A stretch of 42,684 bases of DNA from Octopus bimaculoides (Eukaryota): assembly GCF_001194135.2 (NCBI RefSeq), contig NC_068990.1, positions 85,958,263-86,000,946 on the forward strand, in the 5' to 3' direction. The notes beneath the pieces are model-generated. The model ran no database searches, was not told the origin of the DNA, and worked only from the letters and a program-made list of their open reading frames with translations. Positions 10,166-21,915 of the stretch are shown one piece after another; positions within the stretch are counted from its first letter, which is position 1; each line of letters begins with the position of its first letter. The position numbers were made by a program, and so were the translations under genes.

Positions 10166-11559
10166 CTAGAGAAAGTTTAAAAACAAAATTGTAGGGACTC
10201 AGTCAAAGAAGGAAGGGTAACAGCTATGTTATTTTTAGGTGACTGGTGGGAGGAAAAGAGGATGTTCTGGTCCGAACATTTGCAACAGAATGGTCTCTGC
10301 TAAGGACTTCAGTGGCTAGGTTGAGTTACGCTGGGTAATGGATTATATCTGTCACCTGAGACAAGACTTCACGCTGTTTAACTTCCAAATTCCACAAGAC
10401 TTCTATGCAGTGGAATTTGAACATGGAACTACTGTAGTTGCAGATTGAACTTCTTAACTACACATCCATGTTCAGTTTGCTGGCTTTTGTGTATTAGCGT
10501 TGGGAGGCATGGAGGGGTGGGTGGAGTAAGTCCCAGTGTGTGTGTGTGGGGGGGGGGATGGGTACAGACTTAATACCGAAGAGGAAGATCAAGGAGAAAT
10601 ATTTATCGCAGCTGGGAATGGGGGTAGGACATATTTGCTCAGGTTGACNNNNNNNNNNNNNNNNNNNNNNNNNNNNNNNNNNNNNNNNNNNNNNNNNNNN
10701 NNNNNNNNNNNNNNNNNNNNNNNNNNNNNNNNNNNNNNNNNNNNNNNNNNNNNNNNNNNNNNNNNNNNNNNNNNNNNNNNNNNNNNNNNNNNNNNNNNNN
10801 NNNNNNNNNNNNNNNNNNNNNNNNNNNNNNNNNNNNNNNNNNNNNNNNNNNNNNNNNNNNNNNNNNNNNNNNNNNNNNNNNNNNNNNNNNNNNNNNNNNN
10901 NNNNNNNNNNNNNNNNNNNNNNNNNNNNNNNNNNNNNNNNNNNNNNNNNNNNNNNNNNNNNNNNNNNNNNNNNNNNNNNNNNNNNNNNNNNNNNNNNNNN
11001 NNNNNNNNNNNNNNNNNNNNNNNNNNNNNNNNNNNNNNNNNNNGGGGAAAAAATAAAAGATTACTAATAATTATAATAATAATAATAATAATAGTAACAA
11101 TTCTAGTATATTGCTCCTACTTAATACATCCTGGTTAAATGTGGGTGCGTATGCCAATAGTGCCCCCCTTCCTCTTACCCAGTGTTATTACTTGATGCGA
11201 AGTCAGCTAATCCTTCTTTCCATCAATTAAGAGCTTTATCTCGACGGAACACCATTGCTAATGTCTTAGGTGCAGATTATCTTCAAATTTAATCCCGTCT
11301 TCCTTTTTCTCTCCTTCTCTTGTTTCTCCATCTTTGTCAGATGTTCACAAACTTCTTGTCTTAAGCTTCTAATTTTCCTGTCCAATTCCTGCTGACATGG
11401 TTAGGAAGCATATAAATACATCGACAATGGTGGTCACAGCAGTGTTAGTTGTGGTCATAGTAGTCACAGTGGTAATGCAGTTGATCACGGTAGCAGTAAT
11501 GGTAGTAGAATGTTATTCATCATCATCATCGTCAACTCTTGGACATTACTGCCTGGAGT

Positions 11560-11760
11560 CCTGAGATTTCTAGGACTGGTTCCCCAGTTTCCATGGCACA
11601 TAAGTGACAGTCCGCAACATTTTCTCTGAATTGGATGCTAGTCTACTGCAGGGTTACACCATTTCCTGCTGGAGTGGACTGGAGCAGCATGAAACGAAGG
11701 GTTTTGCTCAAGAACGGAATTTACTGCCCTGTCCAGGAATTGAAACCACAATAGTCATGG
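11560..11760 (-). mobile_element. tRNA-derived SINE with CORE-like centre (same family as 38440-38660), degenerate
   Basis: It shares actggag...tgaa..gaag.gttttgctcaaga....tgccc.gtccaggaatYgaaaccaca with the 38.5-kb copy. Confidence 0.6.
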
Positions 11761-13347
11761 TGGGAGAGTAATTAGTGATATAAACAATATCACAAATAAT
11801 TCAATATTGCACATATCCTATCATTGTGGTATTGTGTATTATCATATCATTGTGATATTGTCTATTATCCTATCACTGTGTTGTATTGTGTATTATCCTA
11901 TCTCTCTGTGGTATTGTATATTGCCCATCATCGCGTGTGATATTGCTTATCGTCATATCCGCTCTTCTGATTCCTTCACATTACATGATCATTTCCATCA
12001 TCTCGGTCATCTTTCCCGTACACATTTATCAGCTGAGAGACATTCAATATGCAACCAGTTAATCAATCACTGTTTTAAATTAGAAATGCTTATTTTGTTT
12101 CTCTGCTTTTTTTTTTTTGTACTTTATTTTTATTCTAGTTATTTCTGTTGGATAAGAATTGATTGCTGGTAGTGAAACTTGATTGATTTTGATGCAGCTT
12201 GTAATGCGTTCCTATTCCATTTGTCCCCCGCTCCATGGTTTAACAAACAACCCCATCAACTGAAGTGTTATTCCGAGTTAACAAGCAATGCTCTTATAAA
12301 CCTGGCATTAAGTGGAGGGATTTTTTTTCCTCGAGTGTCATTCCGTTTCTCAGCCCAAAGAAAACTTATTCATCTTGGCAAAGATTTTAGTAATAAGATA
12401 TTTTTCTAGTCTATATTGATCTTAGATGTTTACAGTATAGCATGTTTGCTTAATGAGTTTCCAGAACACCTACCACTGCTAACAGCTACCAAAGTTAGTT
12501 GAGTCATTGAGGAAGTCTTTGTCTATCTCATTTACTAAAAATAGCAGCTGAATAACTCCAATATCATATCTTACTATCTTAAAAAATAGGGCCCATTGCA
12601 TAATGAGGTCTTAGATTTATTCATTAAAAAGAAAAATCCTGAAATGGAATGTTTGATTATAGACTTCCTTGAGTGAGAACTGACCTGGAATTAGACAACC
12701 ACCACTAAAGTTAGTAAATTCTACCATTTGTATAGAGATGGTTGTAAACTATGACTTGCCTATTGTTTTGGATGGTGTAGTTTGTTTGCAGTTCACTAAA
12801 GAAGCATGTCCAAGCTTCCTGACATAATAATAATAATTTGGTGTATTGCCACTTCAAATTGTGAAGTTCACATGTACTCTTAGCTGAATTAACCAGGGAT
12901 TCATTGGAGGGATACAATGTCAGTCTTGGAAGGGTTTGAGCCGAGAGGATGTGTGTAGAAGACAAAATTTTGTCGTGCATATAGTTTGGCTTTTTACCAT
13001 TTTCTTTCAGTTCATCTAACCTCAATTAATATATAATTAATAATAATTACTGATTAAGTATCCATTGTTTTCCCTGCTGGCTTTTATGTAGTAGACATCT
13101 ACATTTCAATAGTTTTCCATACATCTTGATCTTGTCGTTTTGCCAGATGGTATCACTAATTACCTGAGCCGGCATAGAAGCCTCTATGTGGTCATTTGAC
13201 ATGCTAGAAATAGTTGCTAAATCTCGTGATCATGTAGGAAGGACACAATTGTGTAATATAGTTATCAATGCACTATTGTCTGAAAATTAGATGGGATGAT
13301 TTTGGTTAAAATGCTTTGGAGAGGTCTACTTGGTTCTCTGTTTACAC

Positions 13348-13414
13348 ATAGGTGCAGGAATGGCTGTGTGGTAAGTAGCTTGCTTACCAACCACATGGTT
13401 CCAGGTTCAGTCCC
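13348..13414 (+). mobile_element. SINE family 1 tRNA-like head only
   Basis: ataggtgcaggaatggctgtgtggtaagtagcttgcttaccaaccacatggttccaggttcagtccc contains A-box-like and B-box-like motifs. Confidence 0.8.
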
Positions 13415-13470
13415 CTTTTTTCTCGATATACAATATCTGTACACCACTTCAAACCCTATATATACATACA

Positions 13471-14752
13471 CAGGGTGCAGTGAATAAATTGATGTCTAAA
13501 TTACACAAAAATTCGAATAACACCAACATCTCATTTTAACATATATTTATAAAAATTAAATAAAAATATCTTGAAATACTAAAGAATAAATTTCTTCAAT
13601 AAAATCACCATTGGCTTCAACCATGGCCGCCAAACGACTTTGGAATCTCCTGCAACACTTTTGGAGAGTCTCCTTGTTTAAGTTGGTGAATGCTGCCATA
13701 ATCCTTGCCTTCAGTTCATCTTTGGTGTTGCAAGGAGTTTTGTTGGTCTCTTACTCAACTGCACTCCACACAATAATCAAGGGGGTTGTAGTCTGGGGAG
13801 TTAGGTGGCCAGATGTTAGGGGTGATACAGTCATAGAAATTGTTATACAGCCATGACTGGGTTCTCCTGCTTGTGTGACAGGGTGCAGAATGTTGTTGCC
13901 AGACATAAGGTCTTCCAGCAGCCACCCTCTTCACCCAGGGCAGCACTACCTCCTCCAGGCACTTGATGTAGGCCTCCGTGTTAAGTCTGTGGGAAGATGA
14001 ATGGAGGCATAATGTCACCATCACTAGTGATCACTCCAAACACCATGACGTTGACTGGATGTTTGATTTTTATCACTCTCAGTACATGTCTTGGGGACAC
14101 GGCAAGCCAACAGTTGTTCTGTGTGTTCACTATCTGATCCTGGCAGAAATTTTTCTCATCTGAGAAAAACCAAAGCATGTTTGGTTGGAGGTGGTGCTTG
14201 AGTTTGTTCAAAAGCTTTGTAGCACAGTCTTTGCTCTTGTCCTTGATGACTTGGGATAAAAATTGGCCCTCTCTCATCTTGTATAAGGAATACCGAATGT
14301 CTTCATTCATGTATTACCTGCCTGATAAGAAACTCAGACACTCACATGTACCTGATTGACTTGAAAGGATCGTTGTCATTCATAGCCTGAATCTCACCAA
14401 CAAATTCAGGAGTCCTTTTCTTGTCTGAGAACAATCAGTGAGTTTTCCAAGCTGCCATAGATTCCTAATCACCGTTAGACTCCTCCAACTCTTTCCGAAT
14501 CCTCTCTGCTCTGTCCTAAGATTGACACCCAAACACTCTGAAATGCTCATATTTGAGCTTCTGATGCAAATGCCAAGCAATACAGCATGTCATTTCCAAA
14601 TTTCTGGTAGAGTGAATTGCGTCATGGTACTGTCTTTCTCACACTGCCCGACTGACCCTACTATACTGTGTGGTCAACAAAATCAAAAACAAACCGTGCA
14701 CATAGGCAAAATTAAAAATACAAAGTGGCAACAGTTTACCCATTGCACCCTG
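13471..14752 (-). mobile_element. Full-length (1282 bp) decayed Tc1/mariner transposon, DD37D/maT family
   Basis: TIRs CAGGGTGCAgTGaaTAAAtTGaTGtC versus CAGGGTGCAaTGggTAAAcTGtTGcC match at 20/26. TA lies at 14753-14754 and CA at 13469-13470. Frameshifted transposase pieces read WFFSDEKNF...MVFGVITSDG (13981-14310) and WQQ[H]SAPCH...WPPNSPDYNPLDY (13755-14024), with 37 residues between the 2nd and 3rd catalytic positions. Confidence 0.92.
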
Positions 14753-14771
14753 TATGTATGTGTGTGTGTAA

Positions 14772-14808
<37 letters not shown>

Positions 14809-15128
14809 AAAACAACAAATCTGATTTTACACTGTTGTCACTGATTTTCACACGGCCCCATTTTGGCACAATTTTTCCTTTAAATGCTCATATATATATT
14901 TCCTTGTATATTTCCATAGACATTTTTTTGTTTCGCAGTTACCTTACCCTTTCTCACATTTTTATTTCTGCTGTTGTGTATCTAAATGCGTTGTCATTTC
15001 AAATGTATATTTTATACAATGTTTTACGTCTTAGAACAAAGCCTGGCTTGACAAAAATGTAATACCTATAGAAACCTGCATGTTATAAAATCCTTAGTCA
15101 TATGTTTGTGTGTGTATATATGTGTATA

Positions 15129-15183
<55 letters not shown>

Positions 15184-15935
15184 TATAATGAACAGCCTTT
15201 TTGTTTATTGTTCTTTTTGTCTGTGTTCCAACTATATTCTGGCAATTGAAGTATGTCTAATAAACATAGCTGTTTACTTACACCAATTTCTCTCTTTCTC
15301 ATACATGCTTTCCTTTTCTTTCTTTTTCTCTCCCTTCCTTCACATCCTCTTCTTCCCCCCCCCCCCATACCTTATTTCCATTCTACTCCATATTTCATTA
15401 TTTATGAGGAAGATTTGAATGAGGCTTCTTTCATGATTTTATTACTCTCTCTCTAAATGTACATTCACACATGCACAGACATTCTGTAAATATTAATTGC
15501 TGTTTGTTGGTGTCTCCATGGTTTCTTTCTATCTAGTTTTTCATTATCAGAGCTACTTTTTTCCTGTTCATTTCTAGGTTTTTTAACCAAAGAAAATAAA
15601 GCTGATTTAGTGCTGACTTACCCCTATTTTCTGCAAGTAAAAATCTAGAATCTGAGGAAACCGATGTGGCTCTCTGTTGGTCAGAATAAGCCAAAGGCTG
15701 GGTTTGTGGAATTTAATTCCATTACCATGAGGAGTAGAATGACCATGTAAAACCCTTGTTCTTTAATAGAATACAGCAAAAGACCAAAAGATCAAACATT
15801 CTACATCTTAGTTAATTCTATGTCCCACAAATTCTCCATATTGTAAATTCTTCTCCTTGCATCATTTAGTATACTGTAGGTCTCTGGCAACAAATTCAAT
15901 ATCCTATACCAATATTTACATTTACTATTTATTTT

Positions 15936-16238
15936 AGTGGAGGCACAATGGCCCAGTGGTTAGGGCAGCGGACTCGCGGTCGGAGGATCGTGGTTTCAAT
16001 TCCCAGACTAGGTGTTTTTGCTCAATAAACACGCACAACGCCCAAAGCTTCACGAGGCTCCAGCAGGGGGTGGCGGCGGCCCCTGTTGTACTCTTTCTCT
16101 CACTCTTTCTTCCTGTTTCTTGAGTAAAGCTGCAATGGACAGGCGTCCCGTCCAGCTGGAGGGGAACACATACGGCATGGAAACCGGCCCACGAGCCTGG
16201 CTAGGCTTTAAAAGGGCGCATAAAATAAAATAAAAAAT
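15936..16238 (+). mobile_element. tRNA-derived SINE family 3 (OR/CORE-like), tail type a
   Basis: The head agtggaggcacaatggcccagtggttagggcagcggactcgcggtc...ggtttcaattccc has A- and B-box-like motifs and is nearly identical to the head of the minus copy at 41196-41580. It ends in an A-rich tail. Confidence 0.88.
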
Positions 16239-16239
16239 A

Positions 16240-16372
16240 GAGAGTGTAGTGGGTGCTTTTACGTGCCACTGGCACAAAGGCCAGTCAGGCGGTACTGGCA
16301 ACAGCCACGCTCGAAATGGTGTATTTTACGTGTCACCTGCACAGGAGCCAGTCCGGCGGCACTGGCAACGAT
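16240..16372 (-). mobile_element. LINE 3' UTR fragment with two hairpin units
   Basis: Reverse complement of gccagtgccgccggactggc...gccagtaccgcctgactggc...cacgtaaaagcacccactacactctc. Confidence 0.85.
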
Positions 16373-16558
16373 CAGTTTCTATAGGTACAAGGTCTGAAAT
16401 TTTGTGGGAGGGGATTAGTCGATTACATCGACCCCAGTGTTTCGCTGGTGCTTAATTTATCGACCCTGAAAGGATGAAAGGCAAAGTCAACCTTGATGGA
16501 ATTTGAACTCGGAATGTAGCGGCAGATGAAATACTGCTAAGCATTTCACCCAACATCA
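16373..16558 (-). mobile_element. SINE family 4 (ATT-tailed; GCCTTTCATCCTTTC..GGTCGATAAA core)
   Basis: Reverse complement of the family seen at 32229-32914. The head abuts an (AAT)n run. Confidence 0.8.
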
Positions 16559-17269
16559 ATAATGATGATAATAATAATAATAATAATAATAATGCCTTAT
16601 ATTTATATCCTATTTCAACACAGAAAAGATTACAAGATGGTTGTACTTTAATCTCAAGTTAGCTCTGGTCAGGCAGACTTAGAAAGGTATTTCAGATATG
16701 GCTATCTTATCTCTTTGCATATCACAGAAATTATTTAATATGTACTTCTGTATTGAAGGTGGTAGAGAGGGTGTGATTTGAGTGAAATTCGGTTATTACT
16801 ATTAGGTCGTGCTTGACTGCCTAGAGGCTCCCTTGTTGGTTTTAGATAACAAGATTGTTTTCTACTGGAGTTTCTAAACAATGTTAATAGCTGCTGTGTC
16901 AATTGTATTTTTGTCTGATCACTTAAGAACGGTCACCAGAGTTCTATGAATGTCACTTGAAATGTCATCACTTTTGTTTTGTAAACATCACTGGATGCTG
17001 ACAGACTAGCTTCTCTGGTTATAGTTCTAGTCCATCTCAGTTATTTTGATCGAGGGTTTATACTCTGTAACCCAGGGTATCATTGTAGTTGTATGGTTTT
17101 TTTTTTTTTTTTTTTTTTTTTTATTTAAGAATTATATTTGATAAAAAAATAAGTTGCTGTTATAATTGATGAAAGAACAATCTTCTCTATCAATAATGGT
17201 ATACTGTGTGTGTTTGTGTGACAGAAAAGGAAAGAGCTTGTTAGATTGCACTGTAAGCTACTATCAGCA

Positions 17270-17365
17270 TTGTTTTAATGTCCACATTTCCATGCTTGCA
17301 TGGGTCAGACTTAATGAGGCAGATTTTTCTACAACCAGATGCTCTTCCTGTTGCCAACCATTGCC
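17270..17365 (-). mobile_element. Degenerate LINE-3'-end-related copy
   Basis: tttaatgtcc...ttccatgcttgcatggg...tttctacaaccagatgctcttcctgttgccaacca. Confidence 0.65.
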
Positions 17366-18682
17366 TGTTTTCAAGGAAGGTAATATTTCCCTTGAAAAGC
17401 AATAAACCCAATGGTTGGATATGTCCAAAGGAAAGAGATGCACAAGCATGCACCCACTCATGCACTTTCACGTGGTGACATGTTATGTGCCTGCATACAT
17501 GCCCACGCACTCTCTTGCATTGCATTTTTTCCTAGAAAGACATCAAAACCCACTTGGCAAATTTGATCTCACGAGGGTTTTGTGAGCAGGTATTAATGCA
17601 ACACCCCTATTTGGCCATTGGGCTTCTACATGCCAGATGATAAACAACAATTAGGTCAGCATCTAAAATACAAGTGAACACCTTTAGTCTACTACTACTA
17701 TTGCTGCTGCTGCTATTACTACTACTATTGTCATGTTTGGTTACTAATTAAAATTACTTCTTTTCTTAGATATAATCCACATTTCTGCACTCGTTGGCTG
17801 TTTTTCAGTATTCGGCATTTCTAATCCGTTGGGAATGGGTACAGACAAATGTGCAATCGCAAAGGGGAGCATTGTTCTCACGAGAGCATGTTCTGTTGCA
17901 ACAACTGCCCAATAGGATTGACAGCAACGAGGTTGTTGAGTGCATTCCAACACTTCCCTCGCATCACTGCAACAATGAAAAAGGGAAAAAAACAAAACAA
18001 AACAAACTACTCGTTGCATAAATAGGAGTGCATATGGCTACAGATGCAACAGTTTAATGTTGCATATGCACTTCAGTCGTGCAACCAAAGTGGTTGTCAA
18101 CTTTCAACTTTAAAGACTATGTACTTCATATATTTGTATAAACGCTGCCTGAATAAGAGTGTATAAATTAACATAATTGTTGAAATCATACTCTTTGTGT
18201 GGTGGTGGTGGTGGTGGGGGGGGTATGTGTATTGTAAGGGGACCTTCTCAAATTCGTTGGAATGGCATATTTGATAGGGGTGGGTGTCAAGCAGGGAGGG
18301 ATGGCATTGGTGTCTTATCAAATTGGGTGGAATTACATCGTATAGGTGTTTGTTCAAACTGGGTGGATGTTGTAGAAGATTGTTGAAAGCAAATATAGAG
18401 TTTCACTCATTAAACTTCTTTCATGGTTTTATCATCATCATCATCATTACCATCGCCATAACCAACATCTTCAAATTTACCCTTTTAGAAAATAATGTAA
18501 AAACAAGCAGACAAACTCGAGTACTTAATGAATGTTATATGTAAGGAGTGTTCCGGTTAAGTTATTGTATAGCATATATTTGATATACAATTCTAGATAT
18601 CAAATATTTGCTATATATAAGAAATATGACTAAAATTCTCTATGTATGTCATATTTGTGTGTGCTTGCATATATTATATACA

Positions 18683-18713
<31 letters not shown>

Positions 18714-18780
18714 ATATATCTATATTTATTTAAAAGCAGCAGAAATATAACAAAAGACTGTTACTCGGAGTATATATATC

Positions 18781-18825
<45 letters not shown>

Positions 18826-18842
18826 ACCTCTCTCTATATATA

Positions 18843-19535
18843 TAAGATTGGAAAGAAAATCTTGTCACATTCCAAGATGTGAATGAATCAAATACCTCTT
18901 TGGTCTTAATTGATATATTTGCTCAAGATAATATTTCCGCCTCTTTATTGGTAGCATAATCCCATTAATTGGTAAATTGTTGATACTTTGAGCGTAAAAT
19001 TCTTCTTGTTTCGAAACAAACAAATACTCAGAATTTTTTTTTTTTCAACCTCTGCATCGTAAACTGTTTCCCCTTGAAATATGTTGCAATGATCTGCAAA
19101 GATCATAGTCAGAGACGGAGCAAAATCAGGAAAGCTATGAGGAAGTTGCAAAACTTTTATATATTTAGTGCCATAACATTCTTCTGAGTGACTTGGGCAA
19201 TATACAGGGTGTCCATAAATTATCTTTAAGACTTCCACAATGTATTGTATTAAATTGTAAAAGGAATTTATGGACACTCTATATGATCAAGCATCATTGG
19301 TTGTATAGTAGGAGCGACACTTCTTTATGATTGACCAATGATGGGTGGTTTTTTTCTGCCAATTTTTGTGCAATGCTTTCCAATTGAGGATACTCTTCCA
19401 CATTGTTTCATTTTGGTCTGACACTTCATTAGACGACGCCCTTCATATTCCACTACAAAGCACAACCGTTCTTTTTTTTAGTATGGCTCTAGTTTGAGGA
19501 TGGATTCTTCTTTTTCATTCACTGCTAACCATTGT
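18843..19535 (-). mobile_element. Mariner (DD34D-type) transposase relic, frameshifted
   Basis: The minus strand gives QWL..., HTKK..VVL, PSLVNHKEVSLL and LPHSFPDFAPS[+2 nt]DYDLCRSLQH, matching mariner PSLVNRKGV.LLHDN and YSPDLAPSDYHLFRSLQ. A TIR-like taagattggaaagaaa follows TA at 18841. Confidence 0.75.
19205..19281. mobile_element. 77-bp Tc1/mariner-type MITE
   Basis: TIRs CAGGGTGTCCATAAATT / AATTTATGGACACTCTA match at 15/17, flanked by TA at 19203-19204 and 19282-19283. Confidence 0.82.
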
Positions 19536-19547
19536 TGTTTGTTGAAT

Positions 19548-19690
19548 ATCATCATTTAATATCTGTTTTCCATGCTGGCATGGGTTGGATGGTTTGACAG
19601 GAGCTGTCTCGGCAGAAGACTAGCGAACTTCAGTGTCTGTTTTGGCATAGTTTTTATGGCTGGATGCCCTTCCTAACACCAACCACTCCA
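19548..19690 (-). mobile_element. Degenerate LINE-3'-end-related copy
   Basis: atcatcatttaat..ttttccatgctggcatgggttgga...gctggatgcccttcctaacaccaaccactc. Confidence 0.75.
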
Positions 19691-21539
19691 TTTTTTGTCA
19701 CCCCTGATGACTCTACTCTGGAATGGTTTGGTAGCAAGTCAACTCTTCAATTATAAGCAGAGTGGGGTCAACTTTTTAATTAAGCTGAGAAGCAATTAAA
19801 TTATGAGATGACTTACTGACCAAGTTGTTTGTGGAAAGTGTTTTATAAGTGAAATGTGACTTGAATTGAACTGTTTTGTTAATTCCTGTACAATTTATAG
19901 ATTTTCAACCATGGTATTTTGAAGCTCACTTGGTTGTGCAGATTGAGAGGAATTGGTATGAGGAAAATTTCTTGCACAAAATTAGCCAAACCATTGTTGG
20001 CACATTTGGACACTTAATGCTTCCAGTGGTGGAATATTTCTTACTCTTTTTGAATTCATACGATTATGCAGTGTTAGAGGTAAAGATCATTACAAATTTA
20101 AACAGTATGGCAGAAGATAATCTGCAAAGGGAAAAAAAACCCATTAGAATATAAAACTGAAAGCTTATTTTACAACAAGTATTGAAAAAATGATTGCAAA
20201 ATGATCATTTAATAATGTGATAGGACTTTCTGTGTGTTTATGTGAGAGAGAGGCTCTAAGGAAATACTTGGGTGCTTATGTATATGTTTTCTTGTGAAAA
20301 AAGGTCATTATGTCATGTTGTGTTACCCTGTGCTTATCTGTCTGCTATTAATAATTCATAGTATCTTACTATAAACCTGGGCAGGAAATTGCTGTCTTCT
20401 TGGATTTAATTACAACTGTTAAAGTAATTTCTTTGCCTTGCATCCTTTTAGGGTTGATAAAATAAGCACCATTTGAGAACTGGTGTTGATGTAATTATCA
20501 ACTTAATCCATCCGCTGAAATTGCTGGCCTTGTGCCAAAATTTGAAATCAAAATTTCTGTTAACTTCCCAGCATGCATTACAGTGATTGCTGCTCATGCC
20601 ATCTTGCATGGTTTACAGATAATATTGGTAGAATAAATATTGTAACCCCCTCATTGCTCTCCCTAAGTGATTGATCTATCTACTAAACTTCTTGCATTCA
20701 AAGGAGCCTTAACATGGCCACTTACCCTCTTCACCTTTTCTATTCTTTTAAGAAGGGCAACAACACTTCCCTTTACCCATCACTCTTAATTTTTTTAGGG
20801 CTTCTCAGACTGGTGAGAAGAGGGGAGGAGATTGTGCTCAAACTGTAAATCCGGTTCAAAAGCTTGCAACGGTGTGAAGTCTGATTTAAACACCCAGGGA
20901 CCAGGTGGTGGTTTCAAACTGTGTGAAGTATTAAGTTTTTGCTGCCCTCCCACTCTTCAAGAACAGAAGTAAATACTGCAAGTCATTTTGTCCAGTGCTC
21001 TAGTTCTGCCAATTTGTCTGCTAGAAATAGTAGCCAAATCACATCATACCATATTATTAAGCTGAGAGAAAGTCACATTGCATAATGTAGTTGTATTTGT
21101 ATTATGTCTGGGGCAGGGAGAAGTTGAAATGCTTTTGGTCATGGGTCTGCAGCACTATCGGAGCTGGCCTGGAGCTGAACAGCAGATGCATACAAGCCAG
21201 ATGAATCATTTTACTGCACACTGCATGTGCTATATATGTTTCTTCCTGGTGTAAAATGTAAATATTTATCTTTCTCAGTTTTGCTTGCAACATACTCTTG
21301 TTTGTGTAACAAAAATAAACCCAGAATAATAGGAACAAGAACAACAGCACTTCTGTGTGATGGCTGATGTAATATGGTAGTGTTGTTTGTGGCCATATAG
21401 AGAACTGTTAGTGGAATTTAATCAAAATTTGGTTTTTTGGAATTGTTTCCTCTCCATCCCTTTTGCTTTGGTATTCATTTGAAACCAGAAATAGGTTAGA
21501 GTTAAATGCTAAATAAAATTACTTAGTAAAACCCTGTTG

Positions 21540-21915
21540 TGTAACTGTATATGTGGGTGGGTGCATGTAAATGTGTGTGTGTGTGTGTGTATGTATAAAT
21601 GCATGTAAATGTGTGTGTGTATGTATAAATGCATGTAAATGTGTGTGTGTAAATGCATGTAAATGTATGTGTGTAAACGTATGTAAATGTTTATATAGAT
21701 GCATGTTAATGTGTGTGTATGTATAAGTGCATGTAAATTGTGTGTGTGTGTGTGTAAATGTATGTATGTATAAGTGCATGTAAATGTGTGTATAAGTGCA
21801 TGTAAATGTGTGTATAAGTGCATGTAAATGTGTGTATAAATGCATGTAAATGTGAGTGTGTATATGTATGTATAAATGCATGTGTGGGGGTGCCTGTAAG
21901 TGTATATATGTGTGT
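21540..21915. repeat. Compound minisatellite: TGCATGTAAATGTG core + variable (TG)n + TATAA
   Basis: About 12 recurrences of tgcatgtaaat with 20-35-nt spacing. Confidence 0.9.

Noticed and set aside
10560-10648. Coding-looking stretch before a gap (GYRLNTEEEDQGEIFIAAG...), and a similar one at 37600-37767
   Set aside because: Too short, no recognisable motif, and truncated by Ns.
15936-16010. tRNA gene candidates (also 41510-41580, 26955-27015, 38590-38660)
   Set aside because: A/B boxes are present but no complete cloverleaf or acceptor stem was seen, and each continues into a SINE body.
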